Below are positions 36,401 through 49,341 of a stretch of 64,000 nt of DNA, one piece after another (positions within the stretch are counted from its first letter, which is position 1; each line of letters starts with the position of its first letter). The notes under the pieces were generated by a model. It ran no database searches. It was not told where the DNA came from and saw nothing but the letters and a program-made list of their open reading frames with translations. The stretch lies in contig NC_086384.1 of NCBI RefSeq assembly GCF_036588685.1, positions 31,062,001-31,126,000 of the forward strand. The letters are read 5' to 3'. The position numbers were made by a program, and so were the translations under genes. Origin of the DNA: Mytilus trossulus. Its lineage: Eukaryota.

Positions 36401-38176
36401 TTTTTCAAAGTACCAGTTAATACATATAAGCGAATGAATATATAATAAGACACTCTTGATATGTTTTTGTCCAGCTGGAATACAAAGTTACAGTAACATT
36501 ACTGTATTACAAATGCAACATGGATACATCTTTATCAATATTTTTTATTTGTATTACAGCGATGACTTTATGAGAGACATACCTCCGTGGATGAAAGATT
36601 GTATAATTAGTAAGTGTGATTTTTTTTTGTCTTCATCAAATCAAGATGTTTATTTTTTATAAATGTTCTGTTGACTTGTTATTGCTTTCATTCTAGTGAA
36701 TTTGAAACTAGTTCATTTTTTTTCATTCTGTTTTCTAGTGCTCACTACCAAATGTTGAACCTATTTGTCAAAGATAAATACAGGTGGCAATGCGACAGAA
36801 TCTACGTCGGTACAAAGACACGCACTAACACAAATCTAGACGCTGCAAGCACAAACACCAGTCAAATAATATTCAAAGCTGTGAATCGGCTCAACAAAAA
36901 CGCTTAAATGTCGGCTGAAAGAGCAAACAATCATATATTTTAAAGATACAGGAAAGAAAAAGATACGATAAAACATAACACAAGAACCTTCGGGCTCCGT
37001 GCTATCGAACCTTCATATGAACATGTTTTGAAGCAACAGTTTCTAACCGATGTTCAAATTACTAAAATAAAAAAAGGCTAACAAACATAAAATGTAGAAA
37101 TTAATTGACCGCTTATTTAGAAAATAGACCAATGCGTTGAACAAGTCATATTGATACAAATTATTGGTGGGAATACATAATTTAAATTTTTTCTTGCAAC
37201 AGACGACGTTGTAAACTGGCCAAAGCTGTTTGGCTGTTGTTCTACACAAGGGTTTGTGCTACCAGATTGGGAATCCTTCATCCGAGATTTATGTAGTAAG
37301 TTTCGCTAAGTTTGTTTTAAACTTTCTAAGTTAAGGTTATGTCACTATGGGTGATCAGTGTATTTTCTTTCATCGCATATATGGCAAAATTAAGATAAGA
37401 ATGGCATTTGGGATACACAAGATATTATTTTGTATTACAATTATTCAAAGCGTTCAATAGACGAGTACGGTATACAAATTTTGTACAAATATTTAGAAAC
37501 TTATAATTCAGTCTAGAATGCATGTGTATATATTTTATGAATTTGTAGATAGATAGCATATGTTTATTGTGCAAAGTTTGCATGTATAAATATATTGTGC
37601 AAACTATAGTCTGGTTATGCATATTAGACACAACACAACAGTGCATGACAGATTCGTTACAATATCATGAATATAATATGCTTCCCAAATATTTATTTTA
37701 GCTTTTACAAGAACTANNNNNNNNNNNNNNNNNNNNNNNNNNNNNNNNNNNNNNNNNNNNNNNNNNNNNNNNNNNNNNNNNNNNNNNNNNNNNNNNNNNN
37801 NNNNNNNNNNNNNNNNNNNNNNNNNNNNNNNNNNNNNNNNNNNNNNNNNNNNNNNNNNNNNNNNNNNNNNNNNNNNNNNNNNNNNNNNNNNNNNNNNNNN
37901 NNNNNNNNNNNNNNNNNNNNNNNNNAAATCATAACAAATGCGCTGTATTTAATCTCTTCAGGGGGATCAGAAATGGCAGAACACGGAGAAAGAATCGTAG
38001 CCTTAAGTAAAGAATCGTATGAAAAAGATAAAGCAAAATCTCGTATGTATTATGCCATGGATCTATGGAAGCAGAAGAACGACACAGGGGACGATATCAA
38101 AATGTTGAAAACTTTCGCCTGGGCTTTTCGAAATCATCGAACTACTATGAGAGAAATGGTCTGCTGTTTAAAATAA
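33252..38176 (+). CDS. TNF receptor superfamily member with death-domain-like tail (TNFR-A); exons 33252-33422, 33749-34022, 34268-34435, [34819-34866 tentative], 35480-35636, 36560-36609, 37203-37295, 37962-38176; 375-391 aa
   Basis: Hydrophobic leader; CRDs (CYYCSPGTYFIDDC / CKPCP..TF..CKPCTQC..C..TSNTVCGC / C..G.G....T..SDTECTEC); TM LAIVCSTVIPVTIVIVCYIVLI followed by KRRRR; DD-like DWESFIRDL...ERIV...RMYYAMDLWKQKN. All splice phases are compatible. Confidence 0.85.
33749..34022 (+). CDS. TNFR-A exon 2 (CRDs)
   Basis: gaag|THNTQAQCKPCPTQTF...CKPCTQCDH...CGCKP...CSAGSGLIKQ G|gtaaa. Confidence 0.88.
34268..34435 (+). CDS. TNFR-A exon 3 (CRDs)
   Basis: tcag|ATMFSDTECTECNLGYTYSPFDSYESCIPCTEHCPNGTHIKNPCNRTNNIVCEKDK|gtaat. 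Confidence 0.88.
34819..34866 (+). CDS. TNFR-A possible stalk micro-exon
   Basis: aag|DLPINTTFHMGDTQLQ G|gtttt; open and phase 1-1, but both splice sites are weak. Confidence 0.35.
35480..35636 (+). CDS. TNFR-A transmembrane exon
   Basis: acag|GLPTQTNNTKNDKLTMRLAIVCSTVIPVTIVIVCYIVLIKRRRRERPSNSFQL|gtaagt. Confidence 0.85.
36560..36609 (+). CDS. TNFR-A juxtamembrane cytoplasmic exon
   Basis: acag|DDFMRDIPPWMKDCII|gtaagt; phase 2 in, phase 1 out, matching neighbours. Confidence 0.75.
37203..37295 (+). CDS. TNFR-A death-domain-like exon 1
   Basis: acag|DVVNWPKLFGCCSTQGFVLPDWESFIRDLC|gtaagt; 93 nt. Confidence 0.8.
37717..37925. other. Assembly gap (209 N)
   Basis: Run of N inside the last TNFR-A intron. 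Confidence 0.99.
37962..38176 (+). CDS. TNFR-A death-domain-like exon 2 (terminal)
   Basis: tcag|GSEMAEHGERIVALSKESYEKDKAKSRMYYAMDLWKQKNDTGDDIKMLKTFAWAFRNHRTTMREMVCCLK*. Confidence 0.8.
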
Positions 38177-41100
38177 CAAGAAGTATCATTGTCATGGCGC
38201 TCAGTTTCGTCATATCTTTGCTCAACTACTTAATTGTCCAACCAATTGCAAACATATTTTGCATTTTTAAAACCGGTGATGTATACATGTGCCAATAAGT
38301 TCTTGATCAATTAAGTTCAATTTCTCGCTTATTTTAATATGCATCACTTTTTCTTTTTTTAAGTAGTATTAAGTAATAATTCAATTTTGAATGTTACACG
38401 TCTTGTGATTGGCTGACGTTGTTTGGTTTATCAGCTCAAAGACACAACTTAGTCATGTGACCGTGACGTTATTAAAGTTTGTTCGTGGTTTACTCCGATT
38501 TTAAATTGAATTAAGAATTACATCATAACAAATAACTGTAATTTTTTTCTGGCTTTTCGAAATAACATAAAAATGTTGTGCACAATAAAAAATAATCTGC
38601 TACGAGATGCAAATTTGTCTTCCGATAACCAAACAGTTGAAAGAGTCTTTTAAAATGTTATGGTTTTTTTTTTTACCTAATTGAGTATTATATTATTTTG
38701 TGATATTGACTACATATGTGCCAATAAAATGATCTGTTAGATTTTATATTTTCATAGTATGTCCCATTATTTGTATCGTTGTTATTTGTTATAATATTTA
38801 TTTTTGCTTTTTTTTATTTTTTCTCTGATAGATCTATTCTAATTATATATAAGTTATTTTTGTTTAATCGTGAACTACGTATTTCTGCATGATTTGTATC
38901 GCCAAATATTTAATATTTGTTTTAGTTAAGAGTCAAATTATGATCTGAATAGTTTATGAATAAGTATTGCAATTGGTCATAATTGAACAAGATCATACTT
39001 GTCCGTAAACCTGTCCTGATGTTTTATATTTTTCTATTCAAATGGAGAGAGTAAGTATAGTGTCTACTTTTAAACTTATCCACAGTAAGAAAATCACGTC
39101 TTTCAAAATTTGTCCTATTTTTTTTTATCTTAATCATATAAAATTTACTTCCTATTTTGAATGTTATATAAATATTCAACAGATGAATGCTTCCCTTTTT
39201 TAATGTATGGTTATTATATTAATATATAATTGTTTACTGTTTATCTTTATTATTATTGGCTTTATATACTTTTATAAAGGATTTATCATGTCTATGACTT
39301 TCTATTTCATATGCATATACATGTACTATAATTATTCAGGGCTTTACACTTGTTTTGAAGTTTTTAATTGCAATCATATGTTCATTATCTAGGTTTGTAA
39401 CGTATGTTAACATCTCTTAGAAGTTTATTTACATTAACAATTAAAGGTTAACATCACATGTGTCAAAAGTCATTGAAAACGTGCATCCAATAAAAAAAGA
39501 CAAATACCAGTTTAAGAACACAAGGCTAATTGTTGCTATTTTTGTTGTATATTGAATATTTGTGTTTCTGGCAAATATGTCGATAGTTTCTATTTAATTC
39601 GTTCACAAACTTTTGGACTTTGGTCGATTTAAAACTTGCTAAAGTGTACAGGTATTATAGATAAAGTGTTGTAGTTTATTGATATATACATTATATGTTA
39701 TTTGATTCATTCTCATAACAACTCAAAATGAAATATTTTCCACATTATTTGTCTTCATATTCAATCCGATGGAAGATGGTGTTGATGAAATTAATGCCTA
39801 TAACAATTGGATAATGATAAATATGAAATTCGTCTCAATAATCATAAGTCAAATATCAATACATGTAATTGCAAAATGTACAATAAATATGAACTTAAGT
39901 AATTATATGCAGGTATCAATACAAAAGTTTGAACTCTGGGTAATCTATTTAACCTATGAATGTTTTAGCAGAAACAATAAAATATCTCCAAATATAAAAC
40001 ATTAACATGTCAATCGCTGAGCGGCGTATAAACGACATAAAATTGAAAACATATGAGCAAATCTATGCTATTAAGGTGACATATATATACGGTAGAAAAA
40101 CTTTAATGTTTTGAATAATTGTAGCATATAATAAACTGTGAGTTTCTGGAGAATGATTACATCACTGATATATATGTCAATGTTGACTTCTAATTTATTT
40201 ATACCTGCTAGGAAGAACAAAAGTGATTAAAAGTATAATCACAAACATACTGAACTTAGAAGAAAATCAATTCGGAAAATCAATAATCATATGGAAAATC
40301 AAATAATAAAACGCATAAAAACCGAATGGACAAGAACTGTCATATTCCTGACTTTGTACAGTTTAGCTGTTAATGTATCTTCATAAAAAACTTACACATT
40401 ATCTAATTTATTGATAGATAGATCAGTATGGTAAAATGAAAATTGAATGTAGACCACACCCTTCCTTTTAATTGCTTTAGTATACTGAGGACTCGATTGA
40501 TTATTCAATACTTTAAATCTTCTTTAACAGGTGCAGTGTTACATAATGACATAACATGAAATCAAGTTGTACAAAATACGCTTTGTCAGTGCCTACTTAT
40601 AAGAGTCATTTAACGAGAAACATTTAACCATTTAAATTTATCTATCTACCTGTAACAATATTGATGACACTTATCACAGTACTTTATCAGATAACATATT
40701 TCGTAAATTCAATATATCAAGCTCAAGGTAAATCGCCGCGTTTATTGTATTGATATTATCAATCCCTATTCAAGGCAAAGGTATTTAACGCATTTTCTAA
40801 ATTGCCTTTTACTTTCTTCAAATCAAACTCAGGGATATTTCGGGGCACGGCAATGCCAGAGCGTTAATATCTGGGTAAACTTGATATTCTATTTGTTTAC
40901 AAAAATTTGAATTATTCGAAAAACTAAGAATTTTCTTATCCCAGGTTACCTTAGCCGTACTTGGCACATTTTTGGGGGAATTTGGGATCCTCAATGCTCT
41001 TCAACTTCGTATTTGTTTGGCTTTATGAACATTTTGATATGGACGTCTGCCGAACTATATTATAATCCTGGTAACTTTGATAAAAATAGATACTGCAGTA

Positions 41101-41822
41101 TAAATTTCAAACAACCAGTAACCAATATTAAAAAAAATGAAGCTGATACTGGTAATATAGTATATATGAGATACAGGTAATTCTTCAGCAACACAATCTA
41201 TTGTATAGTTATGTAAGATCTGAAATCCGTTGCTCGAAATTATATGTAATAAATGGTAATTTATGTTTATTAGAATTGTCTGTTATCACTAAATCATCAA
41301 ATAATTTTAGACAATTTATTAAATACTTCTCTTCTTATGTTTCACATAAACTAAGAAATGAAGAATGTGAACATGTGAAGTCTTATTGAAAATTCACAGC
41401 TATTCGTTAAAGATATTTAAACAAATGTTATATAGTTGTACTGCATGCACTACGTTAACTTAATGTCTTCACCAAATATTGGGAACAATTCTTCATGCAT
41501 ATCATAATTATAACGTATGTTACACACGGTTTAAATATACAGTTAATAAGTACAAGGTCAAGAATTAGAACTTTAATGTTTTGTCATATCTAAAATAAAA
41601 CGTTGAATATTTCTCATTCATTTCACTATTTCTAATTAATCATATAAATAAAAGACGCATTTATGACAGCTGTTTACAAGAAATATTTGCCGCACCCGTT
41701 TTAAATGCGCATGTACAAATTTATTTTAAGAACAGGTTATTTCCAGAATTGGTGTGTGCTTAGAGAACATGGTTATTTATTCATTTGTATTCATTAATGT
41801 GTGTCAGTGTATCTTATCTAAA

Positions 41823-41972
41823 ATGTTAACACTAATTGTCAAGTTGACATTATTTATTGTCCATTTTGTTTCAATTGATGCTAGACATTTAGCAAAGTTT
41901 TATCATTATTCAACGGACAACAACATCTGCAATAAGTGTAGCCCAGGAACATACTGGATTGCTGATTGTAAA
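41823..41972 (+). CDS. TNFR-B exon 1 (signal peptide + start of CRD1)
   Basis: MLTLIVKLTLFIVHFVSIDARHLAKFYHYSTDNNICNKCSPGTYWIADCK|gtaagt. Confidence 0.82.
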
Positions 41973-44900
41973 GTAAGTTAGTACATGGCAAACAGCTATT
42001 ATATTAAATATGATGATTAAAAAATAGATAAAACCGTTGTTAAATATACGAAAAATTATCAATTTATGCATTATTTCAAATATAACAAAACAACGAAGTT
42101 CTAGTTCGTGGCATTATTTTGGGGTGCGATTTTTACCAAAACACTTATAAACTGTACATTTAAATATCGTGTAATATATACGATATTAACGATATACATG
42201 TTATGATATGAATTAATCATGTTTCGCTTCATGTGTAATTTGGTGTATAAATTTAATAAAATTTAGTGGAAATTTGTTTCTTTTTTATTATTCTTTTTTT
42301 CAAATTATAAATATGCATTTTCAAATGAATGTATGTTTTTATCTGCAGTATACAAAAAAGGTTTTGATATAATATATTATAAGGTCAACAATGTGGAGGT
42401 GGATTTCTATTACGAACGAATCATTTTGTTTAATTTCAATTAGCGAAGACGTCCTTTCTGAATATTTAAATAACTTTTACATCTCCGAATACTGACGAAT
42501 TTCATCTCTACCATCGACACTTTTGTTTTCTGTTTTGTAAGACATTAGTATAACATTTTAAATTGATCGGATTTTATCCCAAACTATAGGCGTAAACCGT
42601 ATTCTTTTTATTTTCAAACAATAGCATATCATCTTCCACATCGTATGCACACAACTCAGTTGATAGATGTAAAAAAAAAAGTGACTAGAATAGTCTCATT
42701 TGTTATTTTACAATTTCTGGTGAAATATATCCGACGGTGGATTGGAATGGCGGGTGATGTAATTTTAGAAAGAGACACTTATCCTGACAATGCAATCGAT
42801 CATGACAGCTTTTACAAGCTACTTTTATTTGTCCTTTTTATAAATTTAAATATCATAATACTACTATTGACTTCCCTTTTCAATGTTTTTCAACCTTGAT
42901 TTGATTGCGACTTCTAACTGTTTTGATTCGCGCTATACTGATATAGATAAGATAATCTAAGGAAAAGCAAAAGCTTTAGATTTGGTGAAAACTCTTACAC
43001 CCGTAAGTATCCGAGGGTATCACCAGCCCAGTAGCCAGTACTTCGGTACTGGCATGAAAATACGGATTTTTTGTGTTATTTAAATTTACTGTTACAAAAT
43101 ATTAGAAATTATTATAAATTAAGGAATGTATCTCCCTCATGCAAAGCTCTGATTCCTTTCACTGATATGGCTAAACTTTTTGGACTAAATTATAATCCTG
43201 GTATCTTTTATAACTATTTGCCGGGTTTCCCCTGGTTTTTTTTCTACCCCCCCCCCCCCCCACCTTCCCCTCCCTTAAATAAGATGATTTTGCCTCATTG
43301 TGTCTATGATTAATCATCAAACTTGTTTATATTATGATTTTAGAGTCTACATTTTAAGGAATAATCACTAAACATTTACGTTAAAACAACAGATTTTTTT
43401 CAACTTAAAAGGGAAAAATTTTCATTGTATTTCAAATTTTTCTAGATGAGGGGAACAACTATACATTATAATAAAGAAGATATAAGACCTGGAATATAAC
43501 AAAATTAATGGACATGTTTTGATCATATAATACCAGTAAAGTTAGCAGGGAAAGTTTCTTCAAAAGAAAATACTGATGTGCCCTTTTGCGCTTAGAAGTG
43601 TTTTTTACAACAACAAAAAAAGCTTTTATCACATGAAATTGATTCCTTATTTCATTTGTAGTCATTACATTGAAGGGTAACTCTCATTTGAGGGGTTGTT
43701 CCCATCCTTTCAGATAGATTTCTTCATAACAACAGTTTCACTTTCTTGACCATCGTAAATTAAAAAGTTGAGACGTTAAACTATGCTTGAAACACGTGTG
43801 TCCCTCAAACGAATTTAAAGTAGTCTCCCTAATCAATTACCTATATTAAAGTCGAAGGATAACTAAAGTTTAAAACGGAGATTTTTCTTGCTTTTGAACA
43901 TTTTTCGTCACAACAACAACTTTCTTTTCGAAGTTTGCTTCAAACACATGCGTCGCAAAGTGGTAAATAAATTCTGTATGTGACATTTAACCATATCATA
44001 CAATTCAATCAACACCTTTATCAATTAGTCATTTGTTGTCGGTAGCAATCAGCTGATTCTTGATTTTCTGTCCAAATCTTAATGAGGTCAAGGTGAAATC
44101 CGAGTATTGTCTGATCGGATAAATTCCGAGAAACTCAAAAAGAAGTAAATTAAAAAGATGTTGAAAATAAATCGTCATTTATGTTCCTTTCGCCGAATTC
44201 TTTCGCAAATGACGATTTTTTTATCGTCACAATTATTCCAGCGGCAACCCTGACTATTTGCATATGCATATAACGTAATGACATCAGTGCTGATTTATGA
44301 AAGGTATGTGTATATCGAGGCTTAAATAAACCACATTTATTTCCAGCGAAAACCCATAAGGTAACTAAGAAGCAACGTTTCGAGGGCCTACAGAGAGTTG
44401 ATGTACTCTCCGTACTACTAATAAATTGAAGTATATCAGTTATTTTTGTACTGTGTATACATTTTTAGGAATATGATTGGTTAAAAGAGTCCTCGTTGAT
44501 ACCGTGTATATTTCATATGAGGTAAGTAGGGAGACAGGGCTTATGTCATACACTGTTAGAAGGGGAGTTATGTCACTTTATATTCCATATTATGTCCTAA
44601 TTCGTAGCCTCAACCGAACATAAAACATTTATCAATATAATACAAAACTCTCACATGGGAGTAGCCACTTGAAAAAAACAAAGATCGGGCAAATGTATGA
44701 TCAGTTTATTTGTTTGTGGTGGGGTTCGTGTTGTTTATTCTTTAGTTTTCGATGTTGTGTCATGTGTACTATTGTTTTTCTGTTTGTCTTTTTCATTTTT
44801 AGCCATGGCGTTGTCAGTTTGTTTTAGATTTATGAGTTTGACTGTCCCTTTGGTATCTTTCGGCCATCTTTTATTAAAGTTAAATACCTAAATTTTGAGA

Positions 44901-45069
44901 TACAGATAATTGAGTAAAAATGTTTCCTTCACATTTCCATTTTAAGCAGATTCGGATAAATCTCTTCCCGCATACTTTATATAGCCAATCAAACAGACCT
45001 TTCTATAAATAGCATTAACACCTGTTCCTTACCAAACAAAACAAACTGGCATCGATATATGTACAACTT

Positions 45070-48000
45070 CACAGTGTGGGAACGGAACTGTACGGTTTTC
45101 TAATAATTTGGTCATTCGGGAGACTGTCAAGCGGTGCTCCGACATTCGAAAAATAACAAGTTGCTTGATGGAAACTTTGACGAACTCTTATATTCCTATA
45201 TAACGTTTCTGCTTCAAGTTTTGATAGCTAAAACATTCTTTATGTAAATATGAACCAATAAAATAATAAGAAAGATATATGCATCAAAACGTTTTCCTTA
45301 GAATGGTGAAGCTCCGTGTAAAACGATAAAAATTGTCACACAACAGCGATCAAAAATGTCAAATAAACATCGAAAAATCATTGTTTGCTACCTGGATTTT
45401 CACATGTACCTTTTCTGATATATAGTCTTACCTGTCTGAAAGTTTCAAAGCCATTGTCCCAGTAGAAATCTAAATATATTCATTTTCTCCATGTCGGATA
45501 TTTTTATTGACTGTACAATCGCTCGCAAGTTGACTGTAATATCACTCGGGGCCTTCCTGTAAATCACTCGGAGCTTTCCTGTAGAAATGCTTGGCCAAAT
45601 TTATCAAATACATTGCATATGCATTGTATTGGTTGTGTATTGCTGTCCTATTTGTTCATCTATGGTATTTGAAGTGAAAATAAGCACAAAACCAGTCATT
45701 TTGACAATTAAGATTCTATCAAGGAACCCTATTAAGGTGACTATATCAGAGACAAAAACAAAACGTGTACACTACACACAAAAAAGAAGATGTCCCGAAA
45801 TAACAATGGTCAACGACTTCGGAAAACTAACGGCTTATTTATGTACAAAAAATGAACGAAAAACAAATATGTAACACATAAACAAACAACCACTGAATAA
45901 GTATACAAGACAAAAAGAAAAGGACAGTACAAAATATGTAAAGAATCTAATCTTAAATAAAAATGAAAATAATCCTCGTACAAAATAAATATTTATATAT
46001 ACCGAAAAGATTCTCTGGAAAGTTAATTGGCATATTTTGGATTTTACTTAATATATTATTCACCAGGAATTTAAGAAAAATAATAAATACATAATCGAAC
46101 AATACAACAAAGAATTTTTCAGCACAGGTCGGGATATTGTTACTTGATATGTTCCATAGTTTGTTTGAAAAAGTGTGAGGGAATCGACACATACACCACA
46201 GTTCCATATCGACCCTCTGATTGGTTTACCAAAAGATTGAAAATGGTCATGTGGTGTATGTTAGATACCTCACACTTTTAGCAAGAAACTACATTGTAAC
46301 ACATTTTCTTTCCTGTGATATCAGTTGAGAACTTTGACACATGTCATTTACCAAATAAAAAAGTGATTGTCTATATGTGTAGATACACCATAGGATGAAC
46401 TAAATTTCAAAGCAAAGCTTTATCGTGAAATTTAACCTCTCTTATGGTGTATCTACACATACCTAACACTTTTTAATTTGGTATAAAAAGGAATTCGAAT
46501 GTGGAATAACCACCGACCCAAGAAAAGACACGTATATGTCAATAACCATGATATTAAAATAGAAGATGTGGTATAATTACAAATGAGATGTCTGTTTATT
46601 ACAAGCTATACATGTAGCTACTGATAGAAAAAGCTCCAGTAAAATTAAATTTTATCAAGGATGGGAGAGGACTTGTTATCTGAAAGACAGAGAAAACACA
46701 AAATTCTTCAACATTTTTTTTATATCAATGTCACGATTCAGGAACTTTTTAATATTCCCAACTATAGCATCTGACAAACGAACGAAACAGTTGTTTTAAT
46801 TTAGGGAAAACAACATTTTATTAAACCACATTTATATTTTCAACATAAAAATAAGGAGATGTGATATGATTGTCAAAGTTAAAAAATAAATGGATTTAAG
46901 CAATTATAGTCGGCTATAAAAGGTCCAGAAAAGAAAAATAAGAATCAATACCTTTCGAATTTAACTGACGGCCTAATTCATAATAAAACAATTTACAAAA
47001 AAAAACATATATGACAGACATGAACCAACGACAACCACTGAACTACGAGCTCTTGACTTAAAACAGGTACATAAAGAATTTGGCAAGGGTAAAAATGTTT
47101 GTGTGCACTCATTTCTCCCCAAAACTATCACAGCACTAGACCAAACTATAAAAATGAGATGAATAATCGGATCATTATACTATCATTGACGATATCAGAC
47201 CAGGTGCGGATCCCGCCTTTCTACAAAGGGGGATCCAAACCACGGAACACCATAAAAGTCGAAAAAAAATAGGCTTCAACCACCAAAAACTCCCTCTCAC
47301 CGCATACCAGATCCGCTAATGCAGGGTGCAGCCATTCAAATAAAACGTTCAAAAATCATTAACACTTTTGAGTGTGTAATTTAGGTTAAAACAAAAATCG
47401 ATAACAATACCAAAAATCGTAACAGAAAAAGGAGAGAAAAATCATACCAGACATATATTGTATTGGATTGCAGTAGTTTTAATAAATATTTAGATGACAA
47501 AAGTATCATGGAAAACATAAACTGATCATGAATGTGGCAGACGAAGTTTAGCATTATCTACTTAAGAGTTATAATTAGTCATATGCCACTAGAAATTATT
47601 ACAGCAAAATGCATTGACTAGCTTGCTTGCTAGCTGGACCGTGAAGTCATAAGAAGGTTAAGAAGGTTACCCTCCTTTCGGAGTAGTCTAGTTGGCCAAA
47701 CGATGAAAAGAAAAGCTCCGAGTGATTGTACAGGAAGGCTCCGAGTGATATTACAGTCAACTTGCGAGCGATTGTACAGTCAATAAAAATATCCGACATG
47801 GAGAAAATGGATATATTTAGATTTCTACTGGGACAATGGCTTTGAAACTTTCAGACAGGTAAGACTATATATCAGAAAAGGTACATGTGAAAATCCAGGT
47901 AGCAAACAATGATTTTTCGATGTTTATTTGACATTTTTGATCGCTTTTGTGTGACAATTTTTATCGTTTTACACGGAGCTTCACCATTCTAAGGAAAACG

Positions 48001-48220
48001 TTTTGATGCATATATCTTTCTTATTATTTTATTGGTTCATATTTACATAAAGAATGTTTTAGCTATCAAAACTTGAAGCAGAAACGTTATATAGGAACAT
48101 AAGAGTTCGTCAAAGTTTCCATCAAGCAACTTGATATTTTTCGAATGTCGGAGCACCGCTTGACAGTCTCCCGAATGACCAAAATATTAGAAAACCGTAC
48201 AGTTCCGTTCCCACACTGTG
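45070..48220. mobile_element. Non-autonomous Transib/RAG-like-superfamily DNA transposon with about 510-bp TIRs
   Basis: Ends CACAGTGTGGGAACGGAACTGTACGG...CCGTACAGTTCCGTTCCCACACTGTG; TIRs about 45070-45577 and 47712-48220, near-identical; direct 5-bp TSD AACTT (45065-45069, 48221-48225); no transposase ORF inside. Confidence 0.85.
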
Positions 48221-48542
48221 AACTTTAATATATATTTAATTAGTAAGGAGGCGGGGCTTTTTTTAATTAACGGTAGGTCAGTGGTGTTACGTCCCTTTAT
48301 AAAAACAAAACGGCTTTGAAAAAAAAATCGTAAAGGTTTCAATAGACGACGAAATTGCTGACAAAGATTAAAATAAACTAATAAAACACATTTAACTTAA
48401 CAAGTTGTTATTTTTGGCATCTGTTTTTGTAGGATCAATGGAAGTAGTTTCTTAATTCAAACAGTATTAAAGACTTTCTCATTTTGATAGGACACTAATC
48501 TAAATTTCACAAGTTAATTCATATAGTCGGTAAGATAAACTC

Positions 48543-48700
48543 GTTACATAGTGTGCTAGTGACGTAATCATGGTAATACGGTATATACATGGGTTCAGTA
48601 AATTTGATATGGGGTGAGAGCGAACGAGATGCGCTCTCACCCCATATGGAATTTACTGAACCCATATATGCCGTATTACGTCACTAACAAACTATGTAAC
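48543..48700. repeat. Long imperfect palindrome (hairpin)
   Basis: GTTACATAG..ATGGGTTCAGTAAA..ATATGGGGTGAGAGCG / CGCTCTCACCCCATAT..TTTACTGAACCCAT..CTATGTAAC. Confidence 0.85.
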
Positions 48701-49176
48701 TAATAATGTTGTCCTGTCTTTATGTCTGTATGTACAACAAATGTTAACTTTGTGTTTTTAACAAAGTAAAATAAAACTGACTAAAAATGGTATACCATGA
48801 TAATACTGGGAACTTTTGATAATCTTTAATAATAAGTTAATTAGGGGCGATGTATGTTTCCATACATAAGAAGAGTATAATATGTTCAGATGTTAATGCA
48901 AAAAAAAAAAAAACCTCTGTATCACAGTTCTGAGGAATCGAGTTTTTAGTAAGGTACTGATAACTCATTTATTTTCGTAGGTACCAATTTTTGTGGATTG
49001 AAGAAAATGTGCATGCATTCCTAAAGCATGTTTAGACAATTTGTAATTCGTTGAACATTTAAATTCGTGGTTTCCCTGTTCCCATGAAATCGTCGAAAAT
49101 TTGTATCCAATGAATATTAATGTAGATTGAAGTTCTTAATGTTAACACATACTTTTTTTTTTATATTATCTTTCAG

Positions 49177-49341
49177 CAACTAACTTTACAGACATTGTTT
49201 GTCAGGAATGTTGGATAGGTTATTACAAAGACTCGTCGTCTTCCGATGCTTGTAGATTGTGCTCAGTTAATTGTCGGAATGGTACCCATCTTATATCCCC
49301 TTGTAATACAACTCATGACACAGTATGCTCCAAAATAGACG
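49177..49341 (+). CDS. TNFR-B CRD exon (homolog of TNFR-A exon 3)
   Basis: tcag|ATNFTDIVCQECWIGYYKDSSSSDACRLCSVNCRNGTHLISPCNTTHDTVCSKID|gtaaa. Confidence 0.85.

Noticed and set aside
37667-37932. ORFs 37667-38176 and 37714-37932 as long proteins
   Set aside because: Artifacts of reading through N; only 37962-38176 is a supported exon.
42384-42443. Possible remnant of TNFR-B exon 2 (VNNVEVDF...)
   Set aside because: No cysteines, early stop, and poor acceptor context.
45070-45110. A full V(D)J recombination signal sequence
   Set aside because: Heptamer only; no ACAAAAACC-like nonamer after a 12- or 23-nt spacer, and both ends are symmetric.
45040-48260. Transposon splitting the missing TNFR-B exon (split-receptor scenario)
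   Set aside because: The rejoined flanks are AT-rich non-coding sequence without a CRD Cys pattern, and I saw no CRD exon inside the element.
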